A stretch of 60,734 bases of DNA from an uncultured Ectothiorhodospiraceae bacterium. GTDB lineage: Bacteria > Pseudomonadota > Gammaproteobacteria > XJ16 > Halofilaceae. This document shows, in pieces, positions 56,586-60,734 of this stretch (the stretch's first letter is position 1; each line of letters starts with the position of its first letter). The stretch covers positions 13,953-74,686 of the forward strand of contig CAZJGZ010000001.1 of assembly GCA_964545695.1 (NCBI GenBank). Direction: 5' to 3'. The position numbers and the translations under genes are program-made. The notes beneath the pieces were generated by a model. That model saw only the letters and a list, made by a program, of their open reading frames with translations. It had not been told where the DNA came from and did no database searches.

Positions 56586-57275
56586 TCAGTCTCCATCGGA
56601 AAGGATTCGAGCGTCGGCCCGCTCGTCGGGCAAGAGATGGACCGACAGTTCACTGAAGTGGCGCACGATGGCTCGCGGCTCGGCCGTCTCCAGGCGCTCA
56701 GGGGCATGTACGCCCCAGGTGACGCCGAGCGCATCGACGCCCGCCGCCGCGGCCATCTGCAAGTCGTAAAGCGTATCACCAACGACAATCGTTTCGCGCG
56801 CCCGCGAGCCCGTTTCCGCGAGCAGCGACTCCAGCATCCAGGGTGAGGGCTTGCCGGGACCATCATCGGCCGTGCGCACTGCGGCGAATCGCGGCGCCAG
56901 CTGCGTGGCGGCAAGGTCGCGCTCCAGCCCGGCCCGGCTCTTGCCCGTTGCCACCGCCAATAGAATGCCGTGATCGGCGAGGCGGTCGAGCAGCGGCCTG
57001 GTCCCCGCGAACAGCGGGGTCGGCCCCTCCAGCTCGGCGCGAACAACCGGATTGGCCGCCGCTTCCTGCAACGCCCGGCGCGCGTGCTCGGCATGATCGG
57101 GATACAAAGCGGCGATGCCGTCAACCATGCCCAGGCCGATGATCTCGCGAATCGCGTCATCGGTGCGCGGCGGCAGGTCGGCGTGGTTGATGGCCCGCCG
57201 GATACCTGCCGTGATACGCCCCACCGAGTCGACCAGCGTGCCGTCCCAGTCGAACACGACGAGGCGATGGGTCAT
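56586..57275 (-). CDS. HAD-IA hydrolase (phosphoglycolate phosphatase-like)
   Basis: FDWDGTLVDS, ATGK, KPSP, VGDT..D. Confidence 0.9.
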   Translation of the reverse strand: MTHRLVVFDWDGTLVDSVGRITAGIRRAINHADLPPRTDDAIREIIGLGMVDGIAALYPDHAEHARRALQEAAANPVVRAELEGPTPLFAGTRPLLDRLADHGILLAVATGKSRAGLERDLAATQLAPRFAAVRTADDGPGKPSPWMLESLLAETGSRARETIVVGDTLYDLQMAAAAGVDALGVTWGVHAPERLETAEPRAIVRHFSELSVHLLPDERADARILSDGD

Positions 57276-58216
57276 GACCGACCCGCAAGCAGTTCCCGGA
57301 AGCCATCCGGCACTGGGCTCGTTAGCGTCAGCGTCTTCCCGCCCAGCGGGAACCCCAGTGTACTGGCATGAAGAAACAGCCGTGGCGGACGTCGACCCAG
57401 CACCTCGCGGGTCTGCCGACGACGGCCGTACTTGTCGTCACCGACCACCGGATGCCCGAGGTGCGCCGCGTGGACCCGGATCTGGTGGGTGCGCCCGGTA
57501 TCGATGTGCACTTCCACGTGCGTCAGCCCCGCACCCGTGGCCAGGCGGCGAAAATGGCTGCGCGCAGCCTGCCCGGCTGCCGGGTCCACGCGTACGATGC
57601 GTTCGTTGCCGCGGCGCACATCGCGCGTCAGCGGTGCGTCCACCGTGGCCTCGGGCGCGGGCCACTCGCCCAGCAGGATGGCCTGATACACCTTGGTGAA
57701 CGCCCCATCGCGCAACGCCTGCTGCAGGTCACGCAGCGTACGTCGATCGCGGGCCAGCAACAGGCAACCCGACGTATCACGATCAAGGCGATGGACCAGA
57801 GAAAGCTCCGGGAGATCAGGCCGCAGCGTCCGCAGGCCATCGATCAGACCGCCCCCCAGGCCGCTCCCCGCATGCACGGCAATGCCCGCCGGTTTGTCGA
57901 CCACGATGACCTGCTCATCCTCATGGAGGACGCAATCACGCAACCGCTCCAGCAAATGGGCCGGCAGTTCACCGTCGGCATGGCGTGTCTCGCGCACCGG
58001 CGGGATGCGCACCTGATCCGCGGTCTCGAGCCGGTAGGCAGCCCGGGCCCGCCGGCCGTTGACCCGAACCTCGCCACGGCGCAGCAAGCGGTAGACATGG
58101 CCGCGCGGGACGCCGCGCAGGACGCGGAGCAGAAAGTTGTCGATCCGCTGTCCGGCGTCGCCGGCCGTCGCTTCCACCAGGCGCACCCGCGTCCGATCAT
58201 CGGCTTGATCGGTCAT
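57272..58216 (-). CDS. rluC: 23S rRNA pseudouridine 955/2504/2580 synthase
   Basis: S4 domain (GQRIDNFL), KPAGIAVH, HRLDRDTSG, TGRTHQIRVH; divergent from rne. Confidence 0.93.
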   Translation of the reverse strand: MTDQADDRTRVRLVEATAGDAGQRIDNFLLRVLRGVPRGHVYRLLRRGEVRVNGRRARAAYRLETADQVRIPPVRETRHADGELPAHLLERLRDCVLHEDEQVIVVDKPAGIAVHAGSGLGGGLIDGLRTLRPDLPELSLVHRLDRDTSGCLLLARDRRTLRDLQQALRDGAFTKVYQAILLGEWPAPEATVDAPLTRDVRRGNERIVRVDPAAGQAARSHFRRLATGAGLTHVEVHIDTGRTHQIRVHAAHLGHPVVGDDKYGRRRQTREVLGRRPPRLFLHASTLGFPLGGKTLTLTSPVPDGFRELLAGRS

Positions 58217-58863
58217 GCAGCGCGCTTCCCGGCACCGCGTTGCGGCAACATTGGGTAGCTGCTATATTGCCGATGCGTTTTTTGCCCGCATTTCAAGCGG
58301 ATGCGGCCTCCTTTATGAATCGGTCGCGATGCGCCCGGTTCAAGTTCGGGATACTACCGGGCAACCGCCGCTCGATTGCCGGCACGGAAAGCTTGCTGGC
58401 AGCGCAGGATTGTAACGGCTTGCGAACAGCTTGCGTACTCTCCCGGCGGGACAGGAAACGCGGAATCATGGGATGACTGGCGTCGAGGTGGAATTGCCTT
58501 GACGCTGCCCCGGCACTGCAGGACATCGCCGGGGCCGGCATGATCGGCAGGTTGCCGATGCCATCGACGAATTGATCGACGACACGCGCGGAGGAGCGCG
58601 GTCGGGTACGCGAGCAGGACGTCGAACAGATACGGCCGCTGCGCCTCGGCATCGAGTGTGGCAGCGGGACCAGGAATCAAAACGCGGGCGCCGAGCGGGC
58701 GAAGCAGAGCAGGCCAGCCACGCTGACACGTGTTCAAGGCGTGTCGCGATCAGGCTGCCACGCCGGTGCACGAGCAAGGGACGCGATCCCCCGGATCAGC
58801 GCCCCCGGTTGCGCACGCACAGCAGCGCGCGCCTGGCACCGCGTTCAACAGAACGGACACAAC
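58217..58863 (+). promoter_or_regulatory. rluC/rne divergent promoter region and long rne leader
   Basis: 647-nt gap with no credible ORF; long structured 5' UTRs are established for rne. Confidence 0.6.
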
Positions 58864-60734
58864 ATGAAACGCATGCTGATCAACGCGACTCAGCCGGAAG
58901 AGTTGCGCGTTGCCATCGTGGACGGCCAGCGCCTGGAAAACCTGGACATCGAGCACGGCGCCCGGGAACAGAAAAAGGCCAATGTCTACAAAGGGATCGT
59001 CACCCGCGTAGAACCCAGTCTGGAAGCCGCCTTCATCGATTTCGGTGCCGAGCGCCACGGTTTCCTCCCCTTCAAGGAGATCGCCCGCGGCTATCTCGGC
59101 GACGCCGCTCGCAACGAGAGCGGCAAGGTGGCAGTCAAGGAAGGTCTGCGCGAAGGCCAGGAACTGATCGTCCAGGTGGAAAAGGAAGAGCGCGGCAACA
59201 AGGGCGCCGCACTCACCACCTACATCAGCCTCGCCGGCCGCTATCTGGTCCTGATGCCGAACAACCCCCGCGCGGGCGGCGTATCGCGTCGCATCGAGGG
59301 CGATGAGCGCGCGGAGGTCCGCGATGCGATCGCCGCCCTGCAGGTCCCTGAAGGCATGGGCACCATCGTGCGCACGGCCGGAGTCGGTCGCACAACCGAA
59401 GAGCTGCAATGGGATCTCGACTACCAGATCGAAATCTGGAAGGCGATCTGCAAGGCGGCCGAAGAGCGCAAGGGCACGTTCCTGATCTACCAGGAAAGCA
59501 ACGTCATCATCCGTGCGCTGCGCGATTACTTCCGTAACGATATCAGCGTCATCCAGATCGACGAGCCGAAGATCTACGAACAGGCGCGGCAGTTCATCGA
59601 ACAGACCATGCCGCACAACCTGGGACGACTGAAGCTGTACCAGGATGAAGTGCCGCTGTTCTCGCGCTTCCAGATCGAACACCAGATCGAGACCGCCTTC
59701 CAGCGCGAGGCCACCCTCCCCTCCGGCGGTGCGCTGGTGATCGATCATACGGAAGCGCTCATCTCCATCGACATCAACTCGGCGCGCTCGACCAAGGGCG
59801 CCGATATCGAGGAAACGGCCTTCCATACCAACCTCGAGGCGGCAGATGAAATCGGCCGCCAGTTGCGCCTGCGCGATATCGGCGGTCTCATCGTGGTCGA
59901 CTTCATCGACATGATGAGCAACCGGCATCAGCGCGAGGTCGAGAACCGGCTGCGTGAGGCGGTCAAGCTCGATCGCGCCCGTGTGCAGATCGGACGCATC
60001 TCGCGTTTCGGCTTGCTGGAGATGTCGCGCCAGCGCCTGCAGCCCTCGCTGGGCGAATCGGCGTCGATCACCTGCCCGCGGTGTCTGGGCCACGGCACCA
60101 TTCGCAGCCTCGGCTCGATGTCGCTGGCGATCCTGCGCCTGCTCAACGAGGAATCCATGAAGGATTCCACGGAGCGGGTGATCGCCCGCGTTCCGGTCGA
60201 GGTCGCCACCTACCTGCTCAACGAAAAGCGTGAACAGATCACCCAGCTCGAGGCCCGCAACGGCGTGCAAGTGGTGATGGTGCCCGATCCATCGCTGGAA
60301 ACGCCGCACTACAGTGTCGAACGGGTGCGCGCAGCCGAAGCCGCCGAACACGAATCGAGCCAGCGGCGCAGCTACGAGATGGTAACGCCGCCGGCAGAGG
60401 CGACCTATGAACCGCCGGTCGAAGTCGAGGCCGAGGCCGGCGAGCGTCCGGCCGTCGAGGCCCTGACACCGCGCTCGCCCGCGCCCGCCGCGGCCGAGAA
60501 AAAACCGGCAGCAAAGCCGGCAACACCCGAGCCAAAGGCCGCCCCGGCCTCTGCTACGGCCACGAGCACCTCACCCGGCCTGCTCGCCCGTATCGTGCGC
60601 GCCCTGACGGGCGCCGGCGAGGCGGGCTCGCAGTCGGCAACCACCGCACCGAAAGCCGAACCCGCAACCGCGAAGAAAGCCGACAATCGTCGTCGCCAGC
60701 CTGCCGGTGAAGGCAGTGGCCCAAGCAAACCCGC
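58864..60734 (+). CDS. rne: Ribonuclease E, 3'-truncated by the window edge (missing from the ORF track because it has no stop)
   Basis: Read manually from ATG 58864: [43 protein letters not shown], Zn-link CPRC; amphipathic membrane helix [13 protein letters not shown] near residue 570. Confidence 0.98.
   Translation, partial: MKRMLINATQPEELRVAIVDGQRLENLDIEHGAREQKKANVYKGIVTRVEPSLEAAFIDFGAERHGFLPFKEIARGYLGDAARNESGKVAVKEGLREGQELIVQVEKEERGNKGAALTTYISLAGRYLVLMPNNPRAGGVSRRIEGDERAEVRDAIAALQVPEGMGTIVRTAGVGRTTEELQWDLDYQIEIWKAICKAAEERKGTFLIYQESNVIIRALRDYFRNDISVIQIDEPKIYEQARQFIEQTMPHNLGRLKLYQDEVPLFSRFQIEHQIETAFQREATLPSGGALVIDHTEALISIDINSARSTKGADIEETAFHTNLEAADEIGRQLRLRDIGGLIVVDFIDMMSNRHQREVENRLREAVKLDRARVQIGRISRFGLLEMSRQRLQPSLGESASITCPRCLGHGTIRSLGSMSLAILRLLNEESMKDSTERVIARVPVEVATYLLNEKREQITQLEARNGVQVVMVPDPSLETPHYSVERVRAAEAAEHESSQRRSYEMVTPPAEATYEPPVEVEAEAGERPAVEALTPRSPAPAAAEKKPAAKPATPEPKAAPASATATSTSPGLLARIVRALTGAGEAGSQSATTAPKAEPATAKKADNRRRQPAGEGSGPSKP

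Noticed and set aside
58750-60351. 533-aa minus-strand ORF
   Set aside because: Antisense to rne, which is the real gene but is absent from the track because it runs off the window.

Overview
High-GC gammaproteobacterial chromosome segment. The acidic proteins and gene content suggest a halophilic Chromatiales/Ectothiorhodospiraceae-like organism (inference). Most of it is core genome: ettA (partial), smc-zipA-ligA-djlA, queF, pncA-pncB, dsbB, mtnA, rlmB-rnr, tRNA-Leu(CAG), purA-hisZ, hflCKX-hfq, sdhCDAB-sdhE-ygfX, ygfZ, miaA-mutL-amidase-tsaE-nnr, S49-HAD-rluC and rne (partial). I see no rRNA, CRISPR array, integrase or transposase. Two accessory blocks stand out. (1) At 11.3-15.5 kb is a tightly coupled operon: queF, BNR beta-propeller, YqeC, ubiquitin-like MoaD/ThiS protein ending in GG, JAB/MPN+ protease, and rhodanese-E1 (MoeB). 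This is a complete Ubl activation/deconjugation module fused to a selenium/Mo-hydroxylase accessory gene. It is followed by a TAXI-TRAP transporter and an atypical cysteine-synthase-like enzyme, and is my best candidate for an undescribed system. (2) At 20.5-30.4 kb is a LysR/ALDH/dipeptidase/BCCT/unknown/DUF3726 betaine-type catabolic cluster, which from recall resembles homarine catabolism and sits directly beside nicotinamide salvage genes. Other notable points are an sdh/ygfZ block splitting the canonical miaA-hfq superoperon, a sigma32-like promoter before hfq, an in-frame amber codon at the start of the TRAP permease, and a 17-bp palindrome that occurs twice in intergenic DNA. All family assignments come from motif recognition; no searches were run.
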